Shown here: one piece after another, positions 1 to 10,753 of the stretch
How the letters are laid out: every line of letters begins with the position of its first letter
How positions within the stretch are numbered: position 1 is the stretch's first letter
Source: a virus
IMG/VR virus record: IMGVR_UViG_3300042914_002334
Span: 32,001-96,000 of that record
Strand: one strand, 5' to 3'
DNA length: 64,000 nucleotides
The notes under the pieces: generated by a model
Databases searched by the model: none
What the model was told of the DNA's origin: nothing
Seen by the model: the letters and a program-made list of their open reading frames with translations, nothing else
Position numbers and translations under genes: made by a program

Positions 1-2679
1 ATGTATAGGATCAGTAAATGTAAATGTTCCGCTTGCGGTAGCACTACTTGTAGTTCCGCCAACTGCGGTCACGCTATTAGCATAATTTGATGTGCTTGAC
101 ATTCCAGTTACAGTAACTGTATATGCTACAGAGTTATAACTTTGTAGGAATGTGTTGCCAGTTAGACTTCCAAGTGTTGCGCTCAGTGTTGGCGTCGCCC
201 AAGTAACTGATATATTAGCAGTTGACGTAGTATATTCAGCGGTGGTAGTTCCATTGTAGAAATTGAATGCTATGGTTCCTGCTGCACTTCCGCCTGCTAT
301 AGTAGTGCTTGTTGATCTGATAAATGAATCGGCATCAGTTGTAAATGTCTGTGTCCAATCTACAGTTCCCGCTGGAGTAGCAGATTGACTTCCTGCGCTA
401 AATGTATTCAATGCACTTATTGAACCATTTGTAGCAGTTATACTTCTAACGCTTGAGATATATTGATCGGTAATGTCATCTGGGTTTACTGCATTTACAG
501 CAAACGATGTAATTGGTTGATCCCAACTTGGAGATGCTGGTGAAATCGTAGCACTGAGAGTTGGGGTAAAGGTAGCAAGCGTTAAACGAAGTTTGTTGTT
601 AAAGAATTCTGCTACGCGAACTGGAGAAGTAGTCCCATTCTCTTTGTATCCAGTAAGAGTTCTGTATGTTCCACTTGTAGTCCAAATAAGAGGACTATTA
701 TCAGTTTGTGTGGCAACATCTACCCAACTTAGTGTTCCTGCGCCATCTGTTCCTAGAACTTGACCGCTGGTTCCACCGCCAATACTTATGTTATTGACTC
801 CCCCGAACGATACTTTGTTGCTTGTTGCCGTTACATTAGTTACGCCGCCCGGAGTTCCATTATTGTTGTATTGTAGTTGTCCGTTTGTGCCACCAACTAA
901 TGATAGTGACACGGGCCCCCACTTCTGCGTGGCAGAATCATATGCAAGAATCTGTTTATCTTCTGGTGTGCCAACTACATCCAATAGAGCACTAAGTAAA
1001 CCAGATGTTGCTACCGTAGCAAATGTTGGTTTATTTTGTATATTGTTCCAAGTCAAATCTTCGCTAATTACGTAATTAGCATCGTTAGTGAATGTGCTTA
1101 GTCCAGGTGCTGTTCCAGTTATATTTTCCCAAGTTACACTTGATACTGTTATGTAATTCGAATCATTGGTAAATGTGCTTAGTCCAGGTGCTGTTCCAGT
1201 TATATTTTCCCAAGTTACATCTGTTAGTTTTATGTATCCAGTGATTGTGTTGTCGAATATTCCAACAGATGGCGCAGTGCCGGTAAGATTTTCCCAAGTA
1301 ACTGCATCTGATTTAATGTATCCAGCGGTGTTAGTAAAATCACTTAAATCAGTTGGTTTGTTTGTTAAATCATTATAATTACGACTTACACTAATTACGC
1401 CTTCTGTCGTGACATCTATATTAGCGCCTATCTTTACACCACCACGAACGGTAGAAGAGGCAACGGGAACAGGAATACTACTGGTCCAAGAAACATTCAA
1501 TCCATCAGTAATTAAGAACTTGTTCGACTGTCCCTCTTGTGCTGGCAATAAGTTATTGATTGCGGCAGTTGCATTAGTTGCTCCGGTTCCGCCGCTTTCT
1601 ACTGGTAGTGTTCCAGTGAATGATACTGTTATACCTCCAGTTTGTCCGCTAATTGCAATATTACTTCCAGCAGTAAGCGAGGTTACACCAGTGTTGTTTA
1701 TCGTGTTGTCAACGATGCTTATTCCGGTGCCAGCAGTATATACTCCAGCAGCACCAAACTGCGACCACTCGATATCACTCGTTCCAATTTCTATAGTTCC
1801 AGAAGTAACCATTATCCACTGAGTGCTCTTTTGTGTCACTCCGTTTTGTATGAATGTGAAATCGCCAGCACTTACTTCGTTTGCAAAACTGTTGTCAAAA
1901 TCACTTGCTCTAATTAGAGTCCATCCGGATGTGATTGATGCGAGTGTGTATATGCCATTTTGTTTTTCGTCTGTTTGATTTTTTACTAAAATTCTCTGAT
2001 TTAGTTGTATTGTGACACCATCTATTTGTGGGAATGCACCAGAGCCAGTAAGGGTTGCACCTATTCCAGAACTACCGTTGTTATAAGTTGCACTTAAATT
2101 AGTAGTAGTGGCAGCAACGCAAGCCAAATGAACATTTAATCCAGTGGCTACATTGTCAACATATTCTTTTGTTGCGGCTTCGTATGCGTTGATTGGGTTT
2201 GCATATAGAACCAATGGGCCAGTCATTGTATCGCCGCCGATATTTACTGGAGTAAACCCAAGTCCGCCAGTAATTTGACTTGTATTGATGTCAACCCATA
2301 CCGGACTTCCATCTAATGATGCCAATACTTTTCCGTTCGCTGATCCTTGTGATGGCAGCAAATTATTGATTGCTGACGCTGCGCTGGTTGCGCCGGTGCC
2401 TCCGTTAAATATGCCAAGTGTTCCGCCTACTGTAAATGTTCCAGTGGTCGTTATTGGACCGCCACTAAATGTTAGTCCAGTTGCTCCCGGGTCGATACTT
2501 ACTGATTTTACTGTTCCGTAATCTGGTTTTGCATTAAAGAAGTCAATTGCACCCAAATCAGTTTTGTAAAATAACTTCCCATCAGCGTAGTTGATAGCAA
2601 CTTCACCAAATGACAAATCGGTTGTTAAAGGCTGTTTACCACTAACACCCGAACTTTTTAATACAATCGTTGTTGTCAT
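1..2679 (-). CDS. Tail fibre-like virion protein (runs off the left edge of the window)
   Basis: Not in the ORF track. Open frame from ATG 2679 (MTTTIVLKSSGVSGKQPLTTDLSFGEVAINYADGKLFYK) to base 1. Gly/Thr-rich, with GGTGAT, AATKEYVD and LVKNQT..QNGIY fibre modules. Confidence 0.85.
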   Translation of the reverse strand, partial: MTTTIVLKSSGVSGKQPLTTDLSFGEVAINYADGKLFYKTDLGAIDFFNAKPDYGTVKSVSIDPGATGLTFSGGPITTTGTFTVGGTLGIFNGGTGATSAASAINNLLPSQGSANGKVLASLDGSPVWVDINTSQITGGLGFTPVNIGGDTMTGPLVLYANPINAYEAATKEYVDNVATGLNVHLACVAATTTNLSATYNNGSSGIGATLTGSGAFPQIDGVTIQLNQRILVKNQTDEKQNGIYTLASITSGWTLIRASDFDNSFANEVSAGDFTFIQNGVTQKSTQWIMVTSGTIEIGTSDIEWSQFGAAGVYTAGTGISIVDNTINNTGVTSLTAGSNIAISGQTGGITVSFTGTLPVESGGTGATNATAAINNLLPAQEGQSNKFLITDGLNVSWTSSIPVPVASSTVRGGVKIGANIDVTTEGVISVSRNYNDLTNKPTDLSDFTNTAGYIKSDAVTWENLTGTAPSVGIFDNTITGYIKLTDVTWENITGTAPGLSTFTNDSNYITVSSVTWENITGTAPGLSTFTNDANYVISEDLTWNNIQNKPTFATVATSGLLSALLDVVGTPEDKQILAYDSATQKWGPVSLSLVGGTNGQLQYNNNGTPGGVTNVTATSNKVSFGGVNNISIGGGTSGQVLGTDGAGTLSWVDVATQTDNSPLIWTTSGTYRTLTGYKENGTTSPVRVAEFFNNKLRLTLATFTPTLSATISPASPSWDQPITSFAVNAVNPDDITDQYISSVRSITATNGSISALNTFSAGSQSATPAGTVDWTQTFTTDADSFIRSTSTTIAGGSAAGTIAFNFYNGTTTAEYTTSTANISVTWATPTLSATLGSLTGNTFLQSYNSVAYTVTVTGMSSTSNYANSVTAVGGTTSSATASGTFTFTDPIH
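1091..1219. repeat. 48-bp exact direct repeat, 81-bp period, inside the fibre gene
   Basis: 1091-1138 equals 1172-1219. Encodes VTWENITGTAPGLSTF; degenerate copies flank it. Confidence 0.9.
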
Positions 2680-2691
2680 TTATTTTTCCTT

Positions 2692-3666
2692 TTAACCAAA
2701 TGTTCCGCCATTTATCGAACTTACCAAGTTGTCAACATAATATTTATTGACCAAATCTGCATCTGCTAACCCATTAGAATACTGCACTGGTGTTGGACCG
2801 ACAACCGTAACTTTATTGATCGCATCGCTTGCTAATATCATAGCAGTATCTCCTGACTGTGATATTAGATTTAATCTCGAATTTGTTGCTTGTATGTTTA
2901 ATTCTTCGCCTGCATTTGTTTGAAGCGTTGAACTGCCGGTGCCGCTAACTACTATTTTTCCAGTTCCATTAGGTAACAACACCAAATCAGAATCTTCTGC
3001 CCCGGCAGATATCGTGGCATTATTTCCGTTTATTACTACTGGTCTTGTTCCGCCGGCAGTTAGTGTATTTTGTGCTGGATCAAAAGTAAGATTTGAAGAT
3101 TGTCCTACAAATTCTGCTCCAGTTCCATACATTAGTTGATTCTGAACTAATGAAGTTACGCCAGTTCCACCCCGACTGACCTGAACTGTTTCGAGATTGA
3201 TAGTTACTTCTTGATCTGTAACTGTAATTGATAGACCGCCAGTTGCTGTAAAAGTAAGTGCTTGTCCTATTTTTTCCCAAGCACTACCATTGTAAAATTC
3301 TGCAAAGGGTGGAGTAGTCTGATTGTTTATGCGAACCATTCCAACCTGAGCATCTTCTGGTCTGTGTGCGTTGTTTCCAACAGGAATACTAAGTGCTTTG
3401 TTTCCGTTAAACTTTAATACACCCGATTGAAGCAAACTTATTTCAGTTCCATCGATGTCAAAAACGCCATCTGCGCGACTTATAGAAATGTTTCCAGTTT
3501 CAGCAGTTATTGAACTGCCTACGATATTCGCATATTCTGTATCAGTTACTTGTCTTGCACTGAACGTAGAAGTAACGGAATCATAAAATATGAATCCGCC
3601 CTCTTTTCCAAATTGAATCTCATCCGATATGCCAGATAAGCCATAATTTTTTGTATAAGTGGTCAT
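2692..3666 (-). CDS. Virion structural / fibre-associated protein
   Basis: IPVGNNAHRP..GMVRIN, GGTG and NKYYVD fibre motifs; TATAAATA late promoter upstream. Confidence 0.65.
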   Translation of the reverse strand: MTTYTKNYGLSGISDEIQFGKEGGFIFYDSVTSTFSARQVTDTEYANIVGSSITAETGNISISRADGVFDIDGTEISLLQSGVLKFNGNKALSIPVGNNAHRPEDAQVGMVRINNQTTPPFAEFYNGSAWEKIGQALTFTATGGLSITVTDQEVTINLETVQVSRGGTGVTSLVQNQLMYGTGAEFVGQSSNLTFDPAQNTLTAGGTRPVVINGNNATISAGAEDSDLVLLPNGTGKIVVSGTGSSTLQTNAGEELNIQATNSRLNLISQSGDTAMILASDAINKVTVVGPTPVQYSNGLADADLVNKYYVDNLVSSINGGTFG

Positions 3667-3705
3667 GTCTTATTCCTACCTAATAATATTTATATCAAAG
3701 ATTTT

Positions 3706-5796
3706 TCAAACATATGTGATGATTATTTTTGCCGCGCCTTGAGTAACGCCGGCCATCGCTAAGTTTCCAGTAATTAGAATGTCTCCATTTACATTTGCTC
3801 CAGTAGTGCCACCAATTCCAAACTTAGTAGTCCCGTCAATTATATATTTTCCTACCATTTTTAAATCAAACAAATTGTTTGTTGCCAGACCGTCTGCGGA
3901 AACTACTTCAGGAGTTGAAGCAATTTCATATCCTAAACTCATTATTGGAGTTCCGTTAAATGCGGCTGTAACATCTATCAGTATAGACACAATACGAGTT
4001 CCAGTTGTCAATTGTCCGATACTAAACGTTTGAGGTGTGATGTTACTAATACTGTAAGAAAGTGTCTTACTGTCAACAGTCGCAGAACTTTCTCTTCCTA
4101 TGATTGACCAAGCAGAGCCGTTCCACAACCACATACTCCATTGATCTACATAGTTTCCACTTCCGTCGGCGCTGTCAATCACATACGCTTGATCGCCAAC
4201 GAGTGGTCTTAGAGCATCGCGAGCCGTAATATTTGCTACGACTGACGTGTTTCCATTTCTTAGACCCTGTTCGATAAACAAGCCAAGAGCATAGTGTCCG
4301 TTTTGTCCGCTTACTACACCGCAAGTTGTCAAGAATGAACCCTGCTTGTCAATGATAGTCATAGGACCACCATCGTCTCTGCTTAGTTTCAATACTTCGT
4401 TAGCCGTATTAGCAGCAACACTTAGCGCCAAACTTGATGTGCTATTTGGACCCGCAAATGGGTTGTTATCAGCGTCATTTATGCCATTTTGTATAGTTAT
4501 TGATCCGCCAACTTCATTTTTGACAACCAGATTTCCACTATCGTCAGCATATGCTATTATGTTTGGAATATTTGCTTCATTGATGTCTATCGCCATATCT
4601 CCGGCGGCACAGTATGTTAAATCTGCAAAATTGAGTGAGGCATATATATTTGTCTTGAATGACACTGTTACTCCGTTTATCACGGCGGTTGGATTTGGGC
4701 CTGACTGTGGAAGTTTTAGTGCCACGAATTCATATGCACTTCCTAATCCACCAATATTACTTGTAATAATAGTAGCAGCGTTTACTTTTGATGCGGTTAG
4801 TTTATGTTGAGAAGACCCCGCGTTGATTGCATTGATTGCAAAAGTTAAATCATACGTAGCAGATGACGTATTGTTTAATGTTACTTCAACGCCATTCAAT
4901 TGAATAACATCACCAGAATTACCAGTTGGATTTGACCCAGTTCCTATAGAATAGGTTGGGTTAGCGGCGGCAATTTTCATTAGAATTGGTCTTCTACTTT
5001 CATCGCTTGTAGTTAGACCTCCCAAACCATCAGTAGTAGGATAAATGTAATCTCCGACGTTGCCTGGAAGCCCTGGAATAAAATCTACTATTCCGTTTCC
5101 TGGTCTTAGTATGAATTGATTTGGTCCAGGACCTGCACTGACAACTGTTCCAATAAACTTAGACACATTGTCAGCGTCACTCTTTACAAATTGCCCGTCT
5201 TCTATACAAATAGCATCGCCCTGTTTGAAATTATTATCCTTTTTCTCCAATATATAGTTTGTAAGTGGATTCATATAGTTAAATCTGGCCATAACATTAG
5301 AGCCAAATGTAACGCTAATAGTCGGAGGAGAAGGATCAATCATTGGCACTCCTAATTCATTTATTTGAAAGAATACCACATCCCCAACAACGCCAAATAA
5401 TCCGTTTCCTGATGTACTTAAAAAGGTATTGTACCTTAATCTATCTTCAACGATTGCAACTACTTCAGAGTCATTTTTACTGACTATACTAACAACTTGA
5501 AGTACCTTTGCATCCTGTGCTCCTGCAACAAAATCTCCGACTTCTACATCATTACCATTATATTGAAACGGTATTCTTGTTAGATTACTACCGTGTTGCA
5601 TTGGTATTGGAACACTAAAAGTAACCTTCCATCTGTATGGCTTTGGATTTGTACCGAACGCATAGTATGGGTCGCCACTTGAATTTGAATATGGCCAATA
5701 CGCATCTGGAATAGATGCAGTGGCCAAGGCAGAAATTACTTTTGGAGGTTTATTAAGACCTATAAAACTGGTTTTCCAGACATTTATTCCACTCAT
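3706..5796 (-). CDS. Virion structural protein, 696 aa
   Basis: Beta-rich ORF inside the fibre cluster. Confidence 0.55.
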   Translation of the reverse strand: MSGINVWKTSFIGLNKPPKVISALATASIPDAYWPYSNSSGDPYYAFGTNPKPYRWKVTFSVPIPMQHGSNLTRIPFQYNGNDVEVGDFVAGAQDAKVLQVVSIVSKNDSEVVAIVEDRLRYNTFLSTSGNGLFGVVGDVVFFQINELGVPMIDPSPPTISVTFGSNVMARFNYMNPLTNYILEKKDNNFKQGDAICIEDGQFVKSDADNVSKFIGTVVSAGPGPNQFILRPGNGIVDFIPGLPGNVGDYIYPTTDGLGGLTTSDESRRPILMKIAAANPTYSIGTGSNPTGNSGDVIQLNGVEVTLNNTSSATYDLTFAINAINAGSSQHKLTASKVNAATIITSNIGGLGSAYEFVALKLPQSGPNPTAVINGVTVSFKTNIYASLNFADLTYCAAGDMAIDINEANIPNIIAYADDSGNLVVKNEVGGSITIQNGINDADNNPFAGPNSTSSLALSVAANTANEVLKLSRDDGGPMTIIDKQGSFLTTCGVVSGQNGHYALGLFIEQGLRNGNTSVVANITARDALRPLVGDQAYVIDSADGSGNYVDQWSMWLWNGSAWSIIGRESSATVDSKTLSYSISNITPQTFSIGQLTTGTRIVSILIDVTAAFNGTPIMSLGYEIASTPEVVSADGLATNNLFDLKMVGKYIIDGTTKFGIGGTTGANVNGDILITGNLAMAGVTQGAAKIIITYV

Positions 5797-5805
5797 TTTT
5801 ATTCC

Positions 5806-8800
5806 TTAAGTAAACATAACAAACTCAATAACTGCACTTGTCGCCCCAGTTCCGTTTGTCCCTGTTGCCGATTTTGTAAGACTAAGCTTCATAGTATGTA
5901 TTCCAGGATTAAACGCCGAGAATGCAGTTCCGGATCCGTTTGTTCCTATAGTTCCCGAAACCAATAGTTTCGTACTAGTGCCTTCAGAAAATGATCTAAT
6001 GTTATATGCGCCCCCCGATTTTTGTATTCCATAATACAGTATTGATAATGGGGGCGAGCTATATCCAGTAAAGGTAAATGTTACTTCGCAGGCGGTCGAG
6101 GCTACAGTGGTATAGACCGCAGTTCCTGTTCCAGCAAGAATAGTTGGTGTCCCAGCCAAATTACCACTTCCATCGTAATAAATTTCTACAGCAAATCTTG
6201 AGAGATTTCCAGCACCTCCGCCACTCCCTCCGCCACCGCTATACTGAGGAATGTTCAGTGTTCCGTTTGAGAATGTTGCAGGGCCGCTACTTCCAGTTGT
6301 TGTCAGTGTTATAGGAGCTTGATAGTCAGTTCCAGCCGAAGCAGCAGAAACTCCAGTTCCATTACCCTTTAATAGTCCATTTACAGAAGTTGTAAGTGTT
6401 ATTGCTGGAGTAGTTGTGCTATTGGAAACTGTTCCGCCAAATCCATTAGCAGATGTAACGCTTACAGCAGTAACTGTTCCACTGCCACCACCTCCAGTAG
6501 CATCGGTGCTGTTGACCCAAGCAGTTCCGTTGTATTTTAGAACTTGTCCGTTTGATGGAGAAGTAATGGTTACTGTTCCCAAATCAGCCAGATTTATTGT
6601 CGCGGAACCTCCAAGTGAGGCAGAGCGACCGTTAAATGTAACGCTGCTATTTGTCAGGGCGCTGTTAGATATGCCAGATAATGTTCCGCCAAGCGTTAGA
6701 CTTCCACTTGATGTCACGGTTCCAGTTAGTGTTAGTCCATTTACCGTTCCAGTTCCACCGACACTTGTAACGGTTCCGCTTCCACCATCACCAGTTGCAT
6801 CCGTGCTATTTACCCAATTACTTCCATTGTATTTTAGAACTTGTCCGTTTGTTGGAGAAGTGATGGTGACTTGATTCAGATTATTAAGACCAAAAGTCGT
6901 AGAACTTCCAAGAGCAATAGTAGTGCTGTTTATGGTAATGCTATTGTTCGTTAGTGCAGTGTTTGGTATGTTACTTAATGAACCACCCAATGTAATATTT
7001 CCGCTGCCAGTGACCGTTCCAGTTAGTGTTAGTCCATTTACCGTTCCAGTTCCACCGACACTTGTTACCGTGCCGCTTCCACCACCGCCAGTAGCACTCA
7101 GTGTGCCATTACTGTAAGAAAGTCCAGAACCAACAGTAACAGTTGTGAATCCGGAACCATTTCCTGCAACTATACCGTTTAAGGTGGTTGATACTGCAAT
7201 ATTTCCACTCGAAGTTACGGGTGAATTAGATACTGTGAAACCAGTTGGCATAGATAAACCAACACTGGTCACTGTTCCGCTACCGCCACCAGTTACTGTT
7301 CCCCACTCTAAAGCAGTTCCGGCAGAATTTACACGCAATACCTGATTCGCAGTTCCAATATTTGTTAAACCAGTTCCGCCGGAGGTTGTTGGAACGGTAG
7401 ACTGTGTGAACCCAAGTGTTACCGCTCCGTTAACGGTGGTTGCACTTACTGCGCCGCTTCCAGTTACACTTAAAACTCCCTTATTACTAATAGTAGTTCC
7501 ATTGACCTCTATTCCAGTCCCTCCAGTATAGGTTCCTGGGCCGCCAAACTGCGTGAACTCTACATCAGTAGTTCCAGTGTTTATTGCTCCAGTAGTCGTC
7601 ATTATCCATTGTGTGGTGGCAAGAGTTCCTTCTCCAACGAAGAAGGCATCGCCGGCGTTCATGTTTAAAGAATTATTAAAATCAATTGCTCTGGTCAACT
7701 CAAAAGGATTTGATGCAGTCATCAAATATATTCCATTTTGTGATTTAGTTGTTTGATTTTTAACTAAAACGCGATCACCGACATTTACTGTCAATCCACT
7801 AATAGTGTCCAGCGGGCCGGATCCAGTTAGTTTTGCTCCGACTCCATTTGTTCCATTAGTGTAGGTGCCACTAATATTTGATTGAGTTGCTACACGAGCG
7901 GCTTCTTTTATAAACAAGCCAGATACTAAATTATCTACATACTGTTTTGTTGCTGCTTGTAATGATGCGGTAGGATTTGCATTTAATGTTAGTGGGCCAG
8001 ACATAGTATCGCCCGTTTTAGCAACGCCGCCCAGATCAGCAAGAGTTATTGTTCTTGATCCACCAAGCGCAACAGCAGTTCCGTTTATAGTAATGCTGCT
8101 GTTTGCTAATGCACTGTTTAGTATGTTACTTAATGAACCACCGAGTGTCAAGTTACCACTTGTGGTAATCGTTCCCGTTAGAGTTAGTCCATTTACTGTT
8201 CCAGTTCCACCGACACTTGTAACTGTGCCGCTTCCACCACCGCCACCACCGCCAGTAGCACTCAGTGTGCCATTACTGTAAGAAAGTCCAGAACCAACAG
8301 TAACAGTTGTGAATCCAGTTCCATTTCCAGCAACTATGCCGTTTAATGAAGTTGATACTGCTAAAGTGCCGGCCGCAGTTATTGGTGATCCTGTCACGGT
8401 AAACCCAGTTGGCATACTTAGACCAACGCTGGTAACTGTTCCGCCTGTTGATCCTCCACCTCCTCCAGTGCTTGATATTTCTATTGTCTGAGTGTCAAGA
8501 CGATTGATGACCATATTGGCGCCGGCTTTCAACTTGACACTACTAATATGTGTTCCATCAGTGTCGCTACCAGTCAAACGAATTATTGCTCCGTCTGCTG
8601 TGCTTTGAGCTGTTGCAGTATAAACTACGCTCGCGTATGAACTTATTACACCCATTGGGTTTATAAGTATGCTGGTTCCGTCTACTCTTACTCCGCCGAG
8701 TGCAGAGTTTTGACCTGTGCCGGCTGTTGGCAGCGTATAAACAGTTGACGCAAATTCAAGTGCTGTTCCAGCAGAATTTACTTTTAGATATGAATTTGGT

Positions 8801-9477
8801 GAGCCAACTATAGTTAAACCAGTTCCGCCGTGCTCTATGTTTAATACACCATCAAGAGTGAAGTTTCCAGAACTTGTTATTGGATTAGTGGTGCTTGAAC
8901 TAACAGTTAAACCAGTTACGCCAGTGTCAAATCCAACACTTGTTACCGTTCCAGTTCCAGATGTGTTGCCCCAATATACTTGCCCACCGCCTTTAGTAAG
9001 TAATACTTGTCCTGCTGTTCCGCCAGCAATTGACAATTTGGTTATATCTGGCATAGATATAGTTTCACTTACTGTCAAGTTAGCAACAGTTAGCGTATTA
9101 GTGTTCTTGTTATACGCAAAGGTATCATCGCCGCCAAGATCGCCATTGTCATTGAACTGAATTTGTCCGTTAGAACCTCCTGGTTCATCTACATTCAATA
9201 CTTGTTGAAAAGAACGCTGATCAACGCCAGTAATGTATATGTCTTTGTCTGTATTATAGATGCTAACAGTATCGACTGTGACATAATTAGTTTCAGTCGC
9301 GGTTAATCCAGCAATAATTACAGATTTATCTGCTGCTCCGCTCAGTGCGAGTGAACCGGTGTTTAGTCCGCCAAGAGACGATGCATTAATTACAGTTGGA
9401 TTCGCAGTAGAGGTCGTAACAGTAGAAAACGGATCGTCAACTGATACTATTGTTTGGGTTGGGGTAATAATTGCCAT
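5806..9477 (-). CDS. Long Gly/Ser/Thr-rich fibre protein, 1223 aa
   Basis: Repeated GTVTSVGGTGTVNGLTL and NGQVLKYNG..WVN modules; AATKQYVD. Confidence 0.8.
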   Translation of the reverse strand: MAIITPTQTIVSVDDPFSTVTTSTANPTVINASSLGGLNTGSLALSGAADKSVIIAGLTATETNYVTVDTVSIYNTDKDIYITGVDQRSFQQVLNVDEPGGSNGQIQFNDNGDLGGDDTFAYNKNTNTLTVANLTVSETISMPDITKLSIAGGTAGQVLLTKGGGQVYWGNTSGTGTVTSVGFDTGVTGLTVSSSTTNPITSSGNFTLDGVLNIEHGGTGLTIVGSPNSYLKVNSAGTALEFASTVYTLPTAGTGQNSALGGVRVDGTSILINPMGVISSYASVVYTATAQSTADGAIIRLTGSDTDGTHISSVKLKAGANMVINRLDTQTIEISSTGGGGGSTGGTVTSVGLSMPTGFTVTGSPITAAGTLAVSTSLNGIVAGNGTGFTTVTVGSGLSYSNGTLSATGGGGGGGSGTVTSVGGTGTVNGLTLTGTITTSGNLTLGGSLSNILNSALANSSITINGTAVALGGSRTITLADLGGVAKTGDTMSGPLTLNANPTASLQAATKQYVDNLVSGLFIKEAARVATQSNISGTYTNGTNGVGAKLTGSGPLDTISGLTVNVGDRVLVKNQTTKSQNGIYLMTASNPFELTRAIDFNNSLNMNAGDAFFVGEGTLATTQWIMTTTGAINTGTTDVEFTQFGGPGTYTGGTGIEVNGTTISNKGVLSVTGSGAVSATTVNGAVTLGFTQSTVPTTSGGTGLTNIGTANQVLRVNSAGTALEWGTVTGGGSGTVTSVGLSMPTGFTVSNSPVTSSGNIAVSTTLNGIVAGNGSGFTTVTVGSGLSYSNGTLSATGGGGSGTVTSVGGTGTVNGLTLTGTVTGSGNITLGGSLSNIPNTALTNNSITINSTTIALGSSTTFGLNNLNQVTITSPTNGQVLKYNGSNWVNSTDATGDGGSGTVTSVGGTGTVNGLTLTGTVTSSGSLTLGGTLSGISNSALTNSSVTFNGRSASLGGSATINLADLGTVTITSPSNGQVLKYNGTAWVNSTDATGGGGSGTVTAVSVTSANGFGGTVSNSTTTPAITLTTSVNGLLKGNGTGVSAASAGTDYQAPITLTTTGSSGPATFSNGTLNIPQYSGGGGSGGGAGNLSRFAVEIYYDGSGNLAGTPTILAGTGTAVYTTVASTACEVTFTFTGYSSPPLSILYYGIQKSGGAYNIRSFSEGTSTKLLVSGTIGTNGSGTAFSAFNPGIHTMKLSLTKSATGTNGTGATSAVIEFVMFT
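7079..8316. repeat. 74-bp exact intragenic direct repeat (7079-7152 and 8243-8316)
   Basis: Identical ccaccaccgccagtagcactc...gtgaatcc segments 1164 bp apart. Confidence 0.85.
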
Positions 9478-9564
9478 TATATTTTTCCTTATTCAAGTCG
9501 CAATGCGACGAATTACTCATACATATATTTAGCAAAATCCCATATTTTTAATTATACCAATATG

Positions 9565-9597
9565 AAAAAAACAAAACCGTCACGAGGACGGTTTTGT
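9565..9597 (-). terminator. Intrinsic terminator after the glycosyltransferase gene
   Basis: acaaaaccgtc-N5-gacggttttgt stem followed by a T-run on the minus strand. Confidence 0.75.
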
Positions 9598-9615
9598 AGT
9601 AGAAGTGCAGAATTT

Positions 9616-10506
9616 TTATTGCGTTGCTTCTGCGGAATCCTCAATCAACTTGATTTTCCCAGCATTCTTCATTGCTTCGAGATATGCCTGACCAAGACTG
9701 CTAATTAGAGCGTCTTGAACGCTTGCTGAGTAGGAGAAGTTTCCACGCTGAGATAGCATTACACGCTTGTCAACATAAATCTTCCCGCCCATTGAGCGCC
9801 AGTTATCGCAGAAATTCCAGTCGTCATTTACATACAACTCATTTTTGACACCAGACTCAAAGTAGGTTCTTAGAACTGGTTGTTCGGTGCCGACTTCGCC
9901 TTCGTTCTTGTATTGAACGACAGATGGATGCTTAGAAAGCGTATCAAATACTTCACGCTTTACTAACATAAATCCGCTACCAACACGAGAAACTTCGTGA
10001 AGACCGTCTTCACCCTCTTCTGCACCTTCAAAGGTGTTTACTACCCATCTGATTGGAATAGTTTTAGTAGGATACAAACCACCGATAACATCAACTTTTC
10101 TGTTGAGAAGAACCATTAAGTGCCAAGGCTCCCAAGCAATTTCACCGTCGATAAACATCAAGTGAGTGCTATCTGGTTGCTCAAGAAACTTAGATACCAA
10201 GGTGTTCTTTGCACGAGGCAATAGAATATCATTGGTTGAAGTTCCAATAGACCACTCTAAACCGAATTGACGAGCCGCATTAGAGAATTTGATAAAACTA
10301 ATGAACGCTGCTTCGGAGATAGTTCCATTGTTGCAAGGAACAACAATATGAATCTTAGTGGTTCGTAGATAGTCCATATCTACTTTTACAGCATCTTCGG
10401 ATTCTGATGCTACTTCTGGTGTAGCGGTTTCTGCCGCCGGGGTTTGTGCTACTTCCTGTGTGATTTCTACAGGTGCTTTTGACTTTTTGGTCTTTTTAGT
10501 TGCCAT
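9616..10506 (-). CDS. GT-A-type glycosyltransferase-like protein
   Basis: RAKNTLVSKFL..THLMFIDGEI, GGLYP, GSGFMLVKREVF and DDWNFC motifs. The DxD motif is degenerate (DGE). Confidence 0.7.
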   Translation of the reverse strand: MATKKTKKSKAPVEITQEVAQTPAAETATPEVASESEDAVKVDMDYLRTTKIHIVVPCNNGTISEAAFISFIKFSNAARQFGLEWSIGTSTNDILLPRAKNTLVSKFLEQPDSTHLMFIDGEIAWEPWHLMVLLNRKVDVIGGLYPTKTIPIRWVVNTFEGAEEGEDGLHEVSRVGSGFMLVKREVFDTLSKHPSVVQYKNEGEVGTEQPVLRTYFESGVKNELYVNDDWNFCDNWRSMGGKIYVDKRVMLSQRGNFSYSASVQDALISSLGQAYLEAMKNAGKIKLIEDSAEATQ

Positions 10507-10572
10507 ATTTACCTTTCTGTGAGTGTAATAAAGTTATGATAACAATATTTAACAGCAAAGTCAATGGCTAAT

Positions 10573-10752
10573 TTATTTTTCATCTAAATAATCAGCGTTT
10601 TTGGATACACTGGTCTTTTCTTGTTTGTTCTCTTTAAGAACACGAAGAGATTCCTTGATTGTCTTCATCAATTTTAGTTTTTGCTCCATGCTGGCAGATG
10701 CAAGCAAGCCTCTGCTTTCCTGTATTAGTGTAAGAACTTGTTTTCTCTCCAT
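10573..10752 (-). CDS. Small protein, 59 aa, possibly head-internal
   Basis: Hand-translated MERKQVLTLIQES...DYLDEK; fills the gap exactly; carries IQE, IKE and LKE sites. Confidence 0.6.
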   Translation of the reverse strand: MERKQVLTLIQESRGLLASASMEQKLKLMKTIKESLRVLKENKQEKTSVSKNADYLDEK

Positions 10753-10753
10753 T

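Noticed and set aside
5806-9477. Diversity-generating retroelement template/variable repeats
   Set aside because: The repeats are in-frame and identical or mostly synonymous, not adenine-specific. No reverse transcriptase is in the window.
788-9708. Plus-strand ORFs over the fibre genes, and similar antisense ORFs elsewhere
   Set aside because: They are shadow frames of repetitive Gly/Thr codons, fully overlapping supported genes.
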